Assembly (NCBI RefSeq): GCF_020745735.1
Contig: NC_083412.1
Span: 45,263,181-45,327,180 of the forward strand
From: Hemiscyllium ocellatum
Lineage: Eukaryota
Length of the DNA: 64,000 bases
Direction of reading: 5' to 3'
Positions 35,981 to 49,451 of this stretch are shown here, one piece after another; the stretch's first letter is position 1, and every line of letters starts with the position of its first letter. The notes below the pieces were generated by a model that saw only the letters and a program-made list of their open reading frames with translations, did not search any database and had not been told where the DNA came from. Position numbers and translations under genes: made by a program.

Positions 35981-36443
35981 AAGAATGCACAACTTTTTCA
36001 TGCACACAACAGAAAAGATCTTATTATAGATATAAATGAAATGAATGTAGAATCTTGTAATCCTTCAATACCATTCAAATTTAAATGGCGGACTACTGTT
36101 AAGAGTGTAATGAAAAATAAACTTGGCAAAAAAGAAGATGCTGAGAATTTGCCTAAATGCTTACATCATTTATTTTCAAAGCCCATTAAATATACTCTTC
36201 CAATCAACAATTATATCTCTAGACAGGTATATGAACATATGTCAATAGATTAGTGAAATGCAGATAAGTATTTTGGAAGACAGAATATGTAGTTATGCCC
36301 AGGATTGACAGTTAAATCTTTGAATGCATTATTCTTTCGTAGGAATAGTTCACCCAACAGTCATTGTTCTCTGAGTGTTTGCTTTGATGAGCAATTACAT
36401 TTCTCATTCCTTCCAGTCATTGTCAGAGTGGATGGATCAATTG

Positions 36444-36458
36444 GTGTATGTGTGTATA

Positions 36459-36528
<70 letters not shown>
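36444..36528. repeat. Compound (TG)n(TA)n microsatellite
   Basis: About 18 TG units followed by about 12 TA units. Confidence 0.97.
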
Positions 36529-36529
<1 letters not shown>

Positions 36530-36589
36530 CCATTAACCTTGAAGATGGATGAAACCCGATTTTTCCTAGTAGGTTGATATAAGAAGGTT

Positions 36590-37640
36590 GCAGGCATATA
36601 GACAGGTTGAGTGAGTGAACAAAATTTGTGCACTTGGAGTATTAAATTAGAAAATGTAAAATTGGTCACTTTGGTGGCAAGAATGAAGAAAACAGTTATT
36701 ACTTTGATGGAGAATGACTTTGGAATTCTGAATTACAGAGTGTTTCATTATTCCAGTTCATGCTTCTCAATAACTGAGTGTGCGAGTACAAGAAGGTTAA
36801 TGGGATGCTTTATTACGAGAGGGATTGAATGTAAGAGTAAGAATATTATGATTCAGTTGCCCATGGCATTAGTGAGACCATATATTAAATATTGTACAGT
36901 TTTGCTTTGCTGTTTTAAGGAATTCAGTAAATTAATTGTTGGCAGTTCAGAGGGTGTTTACCAGATTGATACATAGAATAAGTGAGTTGTCTTATGCTGT
37001 TAAGTTGGACACACTGGACGTATTCCCTCTGGGGTTTAGAAAAGTAATTACATTTAATTAAGTCTGTAAGATCCTGACCCATTTTGACGAGGTGAAAGTG
37101 CAAAAGATGTTTCCCCTTCAGAGCAAGTCCAGAACTCGGGAGCACTGTTTTTCATTAGGTTCGCTCTTTTATGACAAAAATGATGGGAAACATTTTCTTC
37201 CAGAGGATGGATGCAACTTTGGAATGCACTGACTCATAAAGTTGTGGCAGTGGTCTCATTAAATAAGATTAAGGCAAAGGTAGATAGATTACTGTTCGAC
37301 AAAAGAATCAAAGATTATGGGATAGATGAGAATGAGAAATTCAGCCATGAACAGATAAGCCATGATTTTAGCAAATGTCAGATTAGGTTCAAGGGTCCGA
37401 ATGTGTGGTGCTGGAAACACACAGCAGGTTAGGCAGCATCCGAGGAGCAGGGAATCGACGTTTTCGGCAAAAGCTCTTCAATCCGGGCTTTTGCCCAAAA
37501 TGTTGATTCTCTTGCTCCTCGGATGCTGCCAGACCTGCTGTGCTTTCCAGCACCATGCTTTTGACTCTAATCTCCAGCATCTGCAGTCCTCACTTTTATC
37601 AAATGGCCTGAATGGTTGATTTCTCTTATTTTCGATGTTC
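36590..37640 (+). mobile_element. Old CR1 LINE 3' portion, interrupted by a family A element
   Basis: ALVRPYIKYC and LWNAL...KVVAV CR1 ORF2 relics. Confidence 0.7.
37403..37597. mobile_element. PLE-derived palindromic insertion, family A (central hammerhead cores partly deleted)
   Basis: Inverted arms ggtgctggaaacacacagcagg / cctgctgtgctttccagcacc. Confidence 0.82.
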
Positions 37641-38818
37641 ACGTTTAGTTTTTATAGCAATATGCCTACTTCAACCCAACATTTGAATTAGATCTTGTGA
37701 ACTCACTTAATCTTGTTCTTAATTTTGACTGGAAGTTCACTGAGAATGAGTAGTAATGTTCAGTTTTTCTTTGGAGACCGAATTATAACCTGAGGTAAGC
37801 TTGTATCTGATTTCTTGTGTGTTCCTTTAAATGTTGCTAGTTCTCCAATGCATACAGTCGGCAATTTAGAGTGCTTGTTTGAGAAAGGTCCTATCAAAAT
37901 TCCTGACATCAAAAGAAAATTAAATTGCTCTTTGGTTTCATTTGTTCACATCAATTTATAATATCATATTTCAACCATGATTTAGCAACCTGATTGATGT
38001 TTACGCAAAGAGGCATACTTTGTACCCAGATGCAGTTAGTTATCTATCTGATGTATAAACACCATCTATAGTCACAGTACCACTGACTACAGTAAATAGA
38101 AAGATTCTCTTGGTTTGAAGTATGTTTTAATTGTCTGACTTGGACATTACTAATCTCTCATCCAACATCATAACTGTATCATCTGATGATTTATTTCACT
38201 GTTGTTTGTGGATGTTCATTAAATGCTGCTGCAGACCCTTCGTTACTTATGTGTTCAAACTTCCACAGTGCCTAATTGGTTGTCGCAACTGTGGTCCCAA
38301 GGACTTTAGATAGTAAAACTTCTATGATCCACATAGAAAAATGTGCTAATTCTTGAGCGTACAACACAAAAGTTATTTATCTAATCGAAATCCTCAATTT
38401 ACCCAACTGATAGAATCAGATTAATAGAAAACACAAACCAGGTTCCTGTGCTTAACAAAATTATTATTTGTTATGAAGAAATAAGTTCCAGTCAGATAAA
38501 CAAAATTATGAATTATCAAGGTATGACACCGTGAGTTGAAACTCAAACTCTCTTTAAACTCTAAACCAACATACGGACACAGATAAACAAACAAAAAAAT
38601 AGTTTGCATAGAGGGAAGGAAAGCACATTTCAATAGTGCCAATTCATGAATTTTGAGTTTGTTTTTCTACTCAAAGCCTTCTGTTTTCTGATATCATTCC
38701 TTCCTCCCAGTTTCTTTTAGTTCCTTGTTGAAGACATCGGGGATTGAATGTTAATTGTTCATTTTCATAGTTGCTGGTTTGAGATCCAGCTTATACCAAA
38801 TAGTGGGAAAGAATAACT

Positions 38819-39441
38819 GATGTTTGGTATGCTTTCCTTTATTGGTCAGTGTATTGAGTACAGGAGTCAGGAGGTCATGTTGTGGCTGTACAGGACTTTG
38901 GTTGGGCTACTGTTGGAATATTGCCTGCAATTCTGGTCTCCTTCCTATCGGAAAGATGTTGTGAAACTTGAAAGGGTTCAGAAAAGGTTCACAAGGATGT
39001 TGTCAGGATTGGAGGATTTGAGCAATAGGGAGAGGTTGAACAGGCTTGGGCTGTTTTCCCTGGAACGTCGGAGGCTGGGGGCTGACCTTATAGAGCTTTA
39101 CAAAATTATGAGGGGTATGGATAGGGTAAATAGACAAAGTCTTTTCCCTGGGGTCGGGGGCATAGGTTTAGGGTGAGAGGGGAAAGATATAAAAGAGACC
39201 TAAGGGGCAACTTTTTCACACAGAAGATGGTATGTGTCTGGAATGAGCTGCCAGAGAAAGTGTTGGAGGCTGGTACAATTGCAACATTTAAGAGGCATTT
39301 GGATGGGTATATGAATAGGAAGGGTTTGGAGGGATATGGGCCAGGTGCTGGCAGGTGGAACTAGATTGGGTTGAGATATCTGGTCACCATGGATGGGTTG
39401 GACTGAAGGGCCTGTTTCCATGCTGTACATCTCTATGACTG
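38819..39441 (+). mobile_element. 5'-truncated CR1 LINE
   Basis: ORFs 38820-39176 and 39173-39364; CTCTATGACT tail. Confidence 0.94.
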
Positions 39442-39494
39442 TCTCAGGTTTGAGTTACTTTGCTGCAAAAAGTTACAGATAGAAACCAACCTGT

Positions 39495-40623
39495 AAGTTA
39501 AAGATGCAAGGCATTACGGACAATGTATTAGCATGGATGGAGGATTGGTTAACCAACAAGAAGCAAAGAGCAGTGATAAATGAATGCTATTCTGTTGGCA
39601 ATCAGTGACTGGTGTTATGCCCCTGGGATCAGTGTTGGGACCGCAATTGTTCACAATTTACATAGATGATTGGAGTTGGGGACCACGTGTAGTATGTCAA
39701 AGTTTGCGGATGACACTGAGATGAGTGATAGAGCAAAGTGTGCAGAGGACTGTGAAACTTTGCAAAGTAACACAGATAGTTTAAGTAAGTGGGCAAAGGT
39801 CTGGCAGGTGGAGTACAATGTTACTAAATGTAAAGTCATTCATTTTGGTTGGAATAACAGTGAAAAGGACTATTAATTAAATGGTAAGAAATTGTCGCAC
39901 GCTGGTGTGCAGAGGTATCTGGGTGTCCTTGTGTATGAATCGTAGAAGGTTGTCTGAAGGCAGTAAATGAAAATTTGTCCTTCATTGCTAAAGGGATTGA
40001 GTTTAAAAACAGGGAGGTTATTTTACAGCTATATAAGGTTCTGGTAAGGTCACACCTGGAGTACTGTGCAATTTTGGTCTCCTTACTTGAGGAAGGATGT
40101 ACTGGCACTCAAAAGGGTGCAGAGGAGGTTCACTAGGTTGATCCCAGAATTGAGAAGGTTGGCTTATGAGGAGAGACTAAATAAACTGGGATTATATTCA
40201 TTGGAATTTAGAAGAATGGGGGGGTGGGGGGTGAATCTTACAGAAACATGTATAATTACGAAGGGAATAGATAAGAAAGAAGTAGAGAGGATGTTTCCAC
40301 TAGCGGCTGAAACTAAGACAAGAAGGCATAGCCTCAAAATTAGGGGGAGCAGATTTAGGACTGAATTGAGGAGGAACTTCTTCATCCAGAGGGTTGTGAA
40401 TCTGTGGAATTCTCTATGCAGTGAAATGTTTGAGGGTCCCTCAGTAAATGCTTTGAAAGTTAAAATAGATAATGTTTTTAACAGTAAAGGAATTAAGGGT
40501 TATGGTGAGAAGGTGGGTAGGTGGAGCTGAAACCAAGAAAAGATCAGCCATGATCTTCTTGAATGACGGAGCAGGCTCAAAGGGCCAGATGGCCTACTCC
40601 TGCTCCTAGTTCTTATGTCCTTC
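39495..40623 (+). mobile_element. CR1 LINE, second subfamily
   Basis: SKFADDT, QFWSPYLRKDVLALKRVQRRFTRLIP; 3' end ggcctactcctgctcctagttcttatg. Confidence 0.93.
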
Positions 40624-41421
40624 TGAAATTGCATTCTGGAGACCTTCTATCTCTATATCATTCATCCACACTCCAGCTACTCAACTGCCTGGAAACTAAG
40701 CTGAGAGTGGGTGTCAAGCTGATCCTCTGGCATCTACAACTAATCAGAATTACACAAACTAATCAACAATCTTTTGCTGGCTGAATCTCACTCAACACCG
40801 AGACCCTAATGTTGTGCGATAATATTCTCCCCCCAATATTTTCAAAATAACAATGTAAACATAACTCCTAATGACTTCCAATCACTTTTTTTTTCTGAAA
40901 AGTATCACCATGTCTTTCCCAGTCCTTGAGTTTAAAGGAGTCATTTTCCCATTTTAATCCACAATAAAACATAAAGAAAAATAAAAAGATGTGCTCTTTG
41001 CAATGTGATCTTTCTTTCTCTTTCCCTGCAGTGATTAAGTAGTCCAACAACATATTTAAAAAAGATTCTCGTATTGGAAATGTTGACTCAGCACTGGAGC
41101 ATTCACTTATGTAATAATATCATATTGTAAGTCTAAAGGAGGGGATCAAAATTAAACTATTCTGGAGCATTTATACCATTTTGCATCTGGCTATATTGTT
41201 GCAATTTCCAATAATTTAACAATGCATGGTAAAGAAAATGAATGATGAACTTTCAATTGTTCTGAAAACCACAAGAATTTATTTTAAAAGCATATTTGGA
41301 AATGTAGAGACTACCGTGATGGAATGGTAAGAATATGAGACTGTGCCTGTTAAATGACGTCAGGAGTCGTAATTTAAATCATTTGAGTTTATCATGAAAG
41401 GCCCAAGGTGAAATGCTGTTG

Positions 41422-41708
41422 TAGAACATAGAACATTACAGTGTAGAACAGGCCCTTCGGCCCTCGATGTTGCGCCACCCTGTTATACTAATCTGAAGCC
41501 CATCCCACCTACACTATTCCATGTACGTCCATATGCCTGTCCAATGACGACTTAAATGCGCTTACACTTGGCGAATCTGCTACCGATGCGGGCAAAGCAT
41601 TCCATACCCTTACTACTCTCTGAGTAAAGAAACTACCTCTGACATCTGTCTTATACCTATCTCCCCTCACTTTAAAGTTGTGTCCCTTGTGTTTGCCATC
41701 CCCATACT
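41422..41708 (-). mobile_element. CR1 LINE 3' end, same subfamily as 23572
   Basis: Highly similar to 23572-23850; ORF 41509-41742. Confidence 0.92.
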
Positions 41709-43798
41709 TGTTATTTGAGGGTACCTGCTCTAAAATATGCAACTAATCATTAAATGTGATTGGGTGCATGTTGATAAAATTGTCCCGCATCTCATATACA
41801 ATCATTTATAAGCAATGAATAGATAGCTATAAAAAAATGACACAACCCATATAGATAAACACATACTCATATTAATTGTTTCCATTAGCTGCCACAATGT
41901 TTGCCTTCATCACACCACTTCAATTCATGTTCACACTTGGGGATAACCAGTGCTTTAAAGTAGATTGTTTATTCACCAAATTCTGGAAACAAACTGATTA
42001 TTAAACCACTTCAAAAATTTCTGGAACACTTCCATGATTCAGTAAGTGCTAATGCAACATATGATTTTGCAATTTATGTTGCCAAACTTGGGTTTTAATG
42101 TATCAAGATCCAATTATTTAACTCAGTTTCAGGATTCAATCATTACATCTGCAAAATATGTGGTTATGTATTGCTTTCCAGGCTCCCCATCTTGAAGATG
42201 TTGCTTAAAATTTACCACATTGAAAAGATTGTCACTTGTTCAGATGCTGTTGCCTTTGGCTTGGTTTCAATTTTTGTCTGATTATTTTATCAGTTTTTTT
42301 TTATTTTAATAAAGACACCACAAGGGGAAAATTATTGTATATCTTTCAATGAACTTGAGATTTTGTTTCAGCTTAAAAAATGCAACCAAATGAATTCATA
42401 TTGATAATAAAGTAAAAATTTCTAACTTCTGTGTTCATTTCAGTGCCCAGCAATTAGATTTGCTGCACAAACCATGTATAACTTTAATTTTGCTCAAGGT
42501 GGCCTCAACGTCAAGTTCAATCTGTCATGTATCTTCTATGGTTCTAGTGTTCAAGAAATTCCTTTGACATGCACGCTTTTCATAAAATTCATATTGTATG
42601 AATTTTTCATTTCACTTAGTCACAATGCTTATTACTAGAGCTGTAATTGTCAGCTCCAATATCTTAGAAACAAAATATGATGAGGCTTCAATGTTGCGGA
42701 ATAAGGAATATTTTCACAAGTGACATACTCAAGCTGTTACATTTTTAAGAGTATACAGATTAAATAAATGTCAAGTTTTTTGATTTTTAAGTCTAACCTT
42801 GGATTAACAAAATTAATGCTTTGATTTTTTTTATTAGGTGATATAGACTGAACAGATTTAAGCTTCTAACTGTGAAAAGTAGACAAATTACCATTTTCCA
42901 GCTGTATGTGACTGGAAATGTTGCACAGAAAACTATGTGTTAGTTAATAGGACCAGATCAAGGTTTTATTTTTGATGCAATATTCCTATTTGATGAAAAA
43001 AGGTGTTACTGGTTTCTACTTTGCATTATTAGTAATTCCATAAGTGTGTTTATTTTTGATGACAGGTTGTCATTGTAGCCAACGAGATTGCTTATATATC
43101 CCTTGAAATGATTACTTCACTGGTGAAGGAATAAACTCTTGCGCAAACCTGTTATCCACTGTTATCTTTAAATGTGATTTTGAGTTTAACTGGAAATTAG
43201 AATTATAGGAGCAATGTCTGAAACCTGGATTTGAAACAAAAGTAGAGTTACAATCGCAGATTATTACCTGAGAACTTCAGCCGAACATTGTTCCTTTCCT
43301 TGATCACTGATAATCAATTTAATAATTTTACTGTTGGCTATTCCAAATGTGTTACTCAATGATTTTTAACAGTTGATTTTCCTAATCTTGCAGCCAAGTA
43401 TTTTTTAACAAGCATAGATACATTGCACTCTTAATGAGGTGTCTAATTTGCAAGTCAGTAGGTACTTATTTGTGTAGGCTGTGTTAAAACTACTCAACAT
43501 TTTAATAATTATTTAAATAAACCTAACAATTTTTGACATTAGCAGAACTCAGCTCTTGAAGTTAAAACTGAGTTATTTTGAATGAATTTAAATGATCCAA
43601 ATTTTCCTTAATATATCTTGCTTCAAATTTGTAATGGAAATGACAGAATCCATACAAGTGCTTTGCTTTTTTCTTCTGCTGTCAAATAGTATGATCATGA
43701 TTGGTGTTTTTGATGAGAACTAATAAAGGCTGAGTAGTTTTTCTGTTTCACAGATCCTCAGATTTCAGTTAATTGATTTTAGGAAGCTTCTTTCTTAC

Positions 43799-44040
43799 TG
43801 TATACAACAGGAGAGTAATTGTTCTCAGCAAGCCTGACTTTCAAAGAAATGACTCTGAACAGATTAGCTTTTGGACTCGTTAGTTTGGCCTGATGTCCTG
43901 CATTTTTGTGCCACACTTCATCAACATCACAGGTACAATCAGTATTCCAAATTACTATATATCGGGAAGAATTCTTTAATTGGCCTTTACATTCATATTC
44001 CATTTTGAGCATTGTATAAAGTTTAAATTTCATGCTGATT
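43799..44040 (-). other. Exon-like segment (ISMKFKLYTMLKMEYECKGQLKNSS...LAENNYSPVVY)
   Basis: Strong donor TACA|gtaaga, acceptor ttatttacaag|; 242 bp open, phase 2-1. Confidence 0.28.
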
Positions 44041-44099
44041 CTTGTAAATAAAATACTTGATTTTAAAACATTTTTTTAAAAAATGTATAATTTTGGATT

Positions 44100-44575
44100 T
44101 GTGTTGCTGGCAAGCCCAGTAATTAGTGCTGATATCCAATTTCCTTTGAAAAAGTGGTGCTGAGATGGCTTTTAAACCACTACTATTCATTTGGTGTTAA
44201 TGGCAACTATTCTGTGGTTAGCAAGAGAATCCCAGGATTTTGACCAGTGGTCACTTCAAATCACTGACTTGGATGAGAGCTTCATGAGTGGTGGTGTTCC
44301 TGTCTGCCTGCTTCCTTTGTTGTTATAGGCAGGACAGGTCACAATCTCAGAGGGAATGATAAAGAGAATTTTGTGAGTTATTGCAGTCCATTTTGAGGAT
44401 TGTTCATCCACTGCTATGTGTTAGTTGTGAAGGGAGTGAAGGTGTTTGTGGTGCTGATCGAACTGTTGAGCTTTGAGTGTTCTTTCAGCTGTTCCCATTC
44501 AGACAAATGAAGAGGGTTTCATCATACCCTTAATTTATACCTTGCAGTTGGTGGACAGGCTTTGTGGAATCTGGA
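44100..44575 (-). mobile_element. Decayed LINE 3' end
   Basis: Degenerate repeat-like sequence adjoining the CR1. Confidence 0.35.
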
Positions 44576-44579
44576 CTTC

Positions 44580-46005
44580 GAGTCAGAGAGATGTACAGAA
44601 TGGAAACAGAACCTTTGTCCATCTCGTCCATACTGACCAGATATCCTAACCTAATCTAGTCCCATTTGCCAGCACTTGGCCCATATCCCTCTGAACTCTT
44701 CCTATTCGTATATCCACCCATTTAAATGTTGTAATTGCACCAGCTTCCACCATTTCCTCTGGCAACTCATTCCATACGTGCACCCCTCTCTGCGTGAAAA
44801 AGTTGCCCCTTAGGTCCCTTTTAAATTTTTCCCCTCTTGCCCTAAACCAATACTCTCTATTTGGGGCTCTCTCAGCCCAAGGCAAAGACCTTGTTTCTTT
44901 ACCCTATCCAGACTCCTTATGATTATATAAACCTCTATAAGGTCACCCCTCAGCCTCTGATGCTCCAGGGAAAACAGCCCCAGCCTATTCAATCTCTCCC
45001 TGTAGTTCAAATCCTCCAATCCTGGTGACATACTTGTAAACCTTTTTTGAACCCTATCAAGTTTCAAAACATCCTTCCGATAGGAGGGAGACCAGAATTG
45101 TACACAAAATCCAAAAGTAGCCCAATCAATGTCCTGTACAGCTGCAGCATAACCTCCCAACTCCTATACTCAATGCTCAATACAAAAAAGGAAAGCATAC
45201 CAAATATCTTCTTCACTATCCTATCTCTCTGTGACTCCACTTTCAAGGAACTATGAATCTGCACTCCAAGGTCTCTTTTTAAGCAACACACCTCAGGGGC
45301 CTTACCATTAAATGTGTAAGTTCAGCTCTGATTTGCCTTTCCAAATTGCAGCATTCTTATAATATTTATCTAAATTAAACTTCATCTGCCACTTCTCAGC
45401 CCATTTGGCCCATCTGAACAAGATCCCAATTTACTCTGAGGTAACCTTCAGTTTTGGTGTATTCTGCAAACTTACTAACTATACCTCCTATGTTCACATT
45501 CAAATAATTTGTATAAATGATGGAAAGCAGTGGACCCTGCACCAATCTTTTTGGCACACCACTGGTCAGAGGCCGCCAGTCTGAAAGCAACCCTCCACCA
45601 CCGCCCTCTGTCTTTTACCTTTGAATTCTGTATCCAAAAGACTAGTTCTCCATGAGATCGAATCTTGCTGACCAGTCTACCATGAGAAACCTTGTCGAAC
45701 ACCTTACTGAAGTCCATATAGATCATGTCCACCGCTCTGCCCTCATTAACCATCTTTGTTACTACTTCAAATAACTCCATTACATTCGTGAGACATGATT
45801 TCCCATGCACAAAGCCATGTTGACTATCCTGAATCAGTTCTTGCCTTTCCAAGTGCATGTAAATCCTGTTCCTCAGGATTCTGTCCAACAACTTGCCCAC
45901 AACTGATGTCAGGCTTACTGGTCTATAGTTTCCTGGCATTTCCTTACCAACTTTCTAAAATAGTGGCACCACATTAGCCAACCTCCAGTCTTCTGGTGCC
46001 TCATC
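44580..46005 (-). mobile_element. CR1 LINE, 1.4 kb, disrupted RT
   Basis: PGNYRPVSLTSVVGKLL, QHGF, DFSKVFDKV motifs in ORF 45475-45939 and following fragments. Confidence 0.95.
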
Positions 46006-47607
46006 TTTGTGGAATTTATTTGTCGTCATAGGATTCCAGCCTCTGACATGGATGCAGTCAAGATATTTCAATGGTTGGTCCAGCATGTTCATCTATGGAG
46101 GTTCAGCATTGTTAATGTCATTAAATTTCATGTGAGACAGTAAAATTTATAGGGTTCTGGTTTTCATTCAGTTATTTTCTGATTTTTAAGTGGTTCAAAT
46201 AAACCTGAGATCCCTGGTTCTAGACATTGGGCTTATTTAGTGAATATGAAATAAAGAAGTCAGTAGAAAGTTTCAGAGCAAAAGGATCTCTGCATTTATT
46301 TAAAATACAAATGGTGAGTGTAATACAAAAAATATAGATAAATGGAATAAACAGAGAAATTGACACATTCAATTATATAGAGGACAGTAAATTATTAAAT
46401 ACTCTATTCGGGATCCCGATGCACTGTCACCACCTGCCTTTCCATCCCTGCTAGCTCAGTCAGAACTTTGGGGCCTCGGAAGTTTCAGCTCACAACCGAG
46501 ATAACATTATTTTGAAATACACTTGGCTGTTTCCGCTTGCCTTTCCTGGAGCCTGGGTGAAGACTTTGAGTGTGTAGATTTTTCAGTTTGTGTTGGGTTT
46601 GCAGATGCGGTAATGTGTTGGATCTATTGAGTTTTAATTACTTTCTGCTGGTTTTGCAAACCCAGTTTTCACCTCAGGAGAGGTCTGAGGCCTGGTAGTG
46701 TCAGTCAGGTCAGTTGGCTTTCGGAGTTTGTCAGTTCTTGGATCTGCTGGTCGTGGTCAATTGCTGTTGGTTCTCCTGCTTCAGAATAGGCCTGTGTCTG
46801 GTAGCTCTTCTTGGAAGCTGTCAGAATGAACTTGGATTGCTCTCAGATCGTTCTCAGAATTGATCTCGGAAAATGGTCTCAGAATTGCTACCTCAGGTGG
46901 GATCGGGGCCTGCAATTGTACTGCTTGTAGATGCCCTTATCTTCATGCCAAATTGATGTAGTCCATTGTATTTCTGTTATTCCTTCTGAAGTCAATTAGT
47001 TTCCCGATTGTTAAGAGTATTTGTGAATGGATTTCAATTGAAGTTGAATAACCAATAACTCTGTGAATGCATTTCAATTTAACTTAAATATCTGGTCTCT
47101 ATGTGCGTCACATACTGTCTGTGCTGAGTAAAAGCTGTCTCAGGCTAGAATCCATTAGTGTCAATTTGATTGTTCTTTTTGAGGGCAAGGGTAAATTGGA
47201 ATTCCAGTCTGAACAATAGTCCTAGATAGAAATTCCCATTCTGCTGGTTCTGTTGCGTGTTTGCTGCAGCCTTAGTCCAGGGTTTTTTCTCAATATTTGG
47301 ATATTGAAAAGGTTCATGGTCTTGTCAATATTTCAGATGATGAAGTTTTTTCTCTTGATCCTACAAATCTCCTGTTTGATACTCTTTGCCTTAGAGTATC
47401 ATTCTAGGCAAGTAAGATCATTGAGACCCAAAATTATCTCCTGAACTTTCCTCATGCGAGCACACACATTTCTTCCCTTGAGAGATAGTGCATTGTCCCC
47501 TGAAAGGAAAGCAAAAGGCAGGATTAGGGAAAATCAAAACACGTAGGCAAGTAGTGCACAGTACACATACACAACACTAAATTTACACTTTAAAACATTT
47601 TATACCA

Positions 47608-47676
47608 TAGGTCTGACAACATCTATGAAGAGAAATCAGAGTTAAAGCTTTGGGTGCAGTGTTCCTTCTTCAGAAC
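47608..47676 (-). mobile_element. Family C PLE arm fragment
   Basis: aggtctgacaacatctatgaagagaaatcagagtta...ccttcttcagaac matches 1560-1628. Confidence 0.6.
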
Positions 47677-47729
47677 TTTGTTCTTGTATTTATGGACGAG
47701 ATATGCTTGCATGTAATTTTACCTAGTAA

Positions 47730-48280
47730 CACAGAAGATATATGCAGAAGTAGGCCATTTGACTCTTCAGGTCTGTTTTGCCATTCAACGCTAATGGTTA
47801 ATCATCCAACTCAGTATCTTGTTCCTACTTTCTCCCCCTACCCTTTGATCCCTTTATCCCTAAGAACAATATCAAACTATTTTTTGAAAGCATTCAGTGT
47901 TTTGGCCTCATCTGCTTTCTGTGGGAGAGAATGCCACGGGCTCACCAATCTCTGGAGGAAGGAAATTCCCCTCATCTCATTCCTAACTGGCCTACCCCAT
48001 ATCCATGAACTGTGACTCCTGATTCTGGGCTCCCCAGTACGTTTCTATGATATTCCCCCTGCATTCTACTAAATGCTAATGAATATAGTCCTGTACAATC
48101 CACTTTCTGCATATGTCAGCTTTGCCATCCCAGGAATCAGTCTGGTAAAACTTCATTGCACTCCCTCAACATTCAGAACATTCTTTCTTAAGTAAGAAGT
48201 CCAAAACCGCCCGCTCGAATTCTATTGCTATGAAGGGCAACATATAATTTGCCTTCTTCATCATATGTTACACCTGCCTT
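47730..48280 (-). mobile_element. Old CR1 LINE 3' fragment
   Basis: Antisense to the 39495 subfamily. Confidence 0.7.
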
Positions 48281-48281
48281 A

Positions 48282-49133
48282 TGTTATGAAACGGCAGTGA
48301 ACGCTTCTGTGAATTAAACTAAACACCCAGAAAAGCTCACATCACCTCGTTATCTGTTAAAACATGAGTGACAGAGAACTCCCAAATTCCATTATTTAAA
48401 GAAAATAATAACAATTTATCCTTTGACTCAAAAAGTGAACATTAAACAACAACTGTATACAACTCTAAGCCCCCCTTTCTTCTAACTGCTTATTATCTGC
48501 CTACAACTATATAACAATGCACTGTTCCAACAAAATACTTACAAAATTTACATCACCTTAATTTCAAAACCATACAGAATCTGTCATCAGTGCTTTTCTT
48601 CTGGCTGAAGATCTCCATGGGTCGTCTTATTTATTTTACTGCAAATATGTTTCATATGAAAATGTACCTTTGACAGAGAGTATTTCAATGGCAGTTGCTC
48701 TTTCAAAATGCCTGCTTTTTAATACCCCAACATCGGATCATCTCATGTTTGATTTTCGCAAAACAATAAATTCAACTCCATTGGGTTTTAGTATCCTAGT
48801 AGAAATTGAGGACTGCAGATGCTGGAGATCAGAGTCGAGAGTGTGGGTCTGGAAAAGCACAGCAGATCAGGCAACATCCGAGGAGCAGGACAATTGATGT
48901 TTTGGGCATATGCTGGGGATGCTGCCTGACCTTCTGCACTTTTCCAGCACCACTGTCTCGGCCATAATTTGAACTGATTGGTTAAATTTGAATTGTTGTC
49001 AAAACAGCAACCGACTCCGGTATCTATTTCACAGCCAAATGTTACTTTTTTTTAGTTTTCCAATACATTCTGAGACTGCCCTTGTAAAGACTCAGTGCAG
49101 AACAGCATTCACTCTCTCTTCAACTTCATATCA
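48282..49133 (-). mobile_element. Solo LTR, same family as 14894-15606, interrupted by a family A element
   Basis: TGTTATGA...TCATATCA termini; the reverse complement of 48960-49000 (aaccaatcagttcaaattatg) and of 48716-48800 matches 15050-15150. Confidence 0.7.
48805..48958. mobile_element. PLE-derived inverted insertion, family A (centre deleted)
   Basis: tgaggactgcagatgctggagatcagagtc... left arm; partial right arm. Confidence 0.78.
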
Positions 49134-49265
49134 ATTATTTTAGTGAATGGTGGACAAAGACACCCTGTTCTTATTGATCCTCCCCCTTTCTCAAACTATT
49201 GCCATTCAGATACTCAAATGCCTTCCCATTTTTGCTACTAACACAGATAACCTCAGATTTATCAT

Positions 49266-49450
49266 GATCTGGAGGAGCCAGTCTTGGACTGGGTGGACAA
49301 AGTTAAAAATTACACAACACCATGTTATAGTCCAACAGGTTTATTTGGAGGCACTAGCTTTTGAAGTGCTGCTTCTTCATCAGGTAGTTGTGAAGCAGGA
49401 TCATAAGACATGGAATTTATAGCAAGAGATTACTGTGTCTTGCAGCTGAA
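49266..49450 (-). mobile_element. Family B PLE arm plus adjacent internal sequence
   Basis: Matches 12982-13160; minus-strand CTGATGA-a-gaagc agc acttc-AAAA-gcta-gtg. Confidence 0.78.
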
Positions 49451-49451
49451 A

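Noticed and set aside
36305-36577. ORF with VCVC/IYIY repeats
   Set aside because: Translation of a microsatellite.
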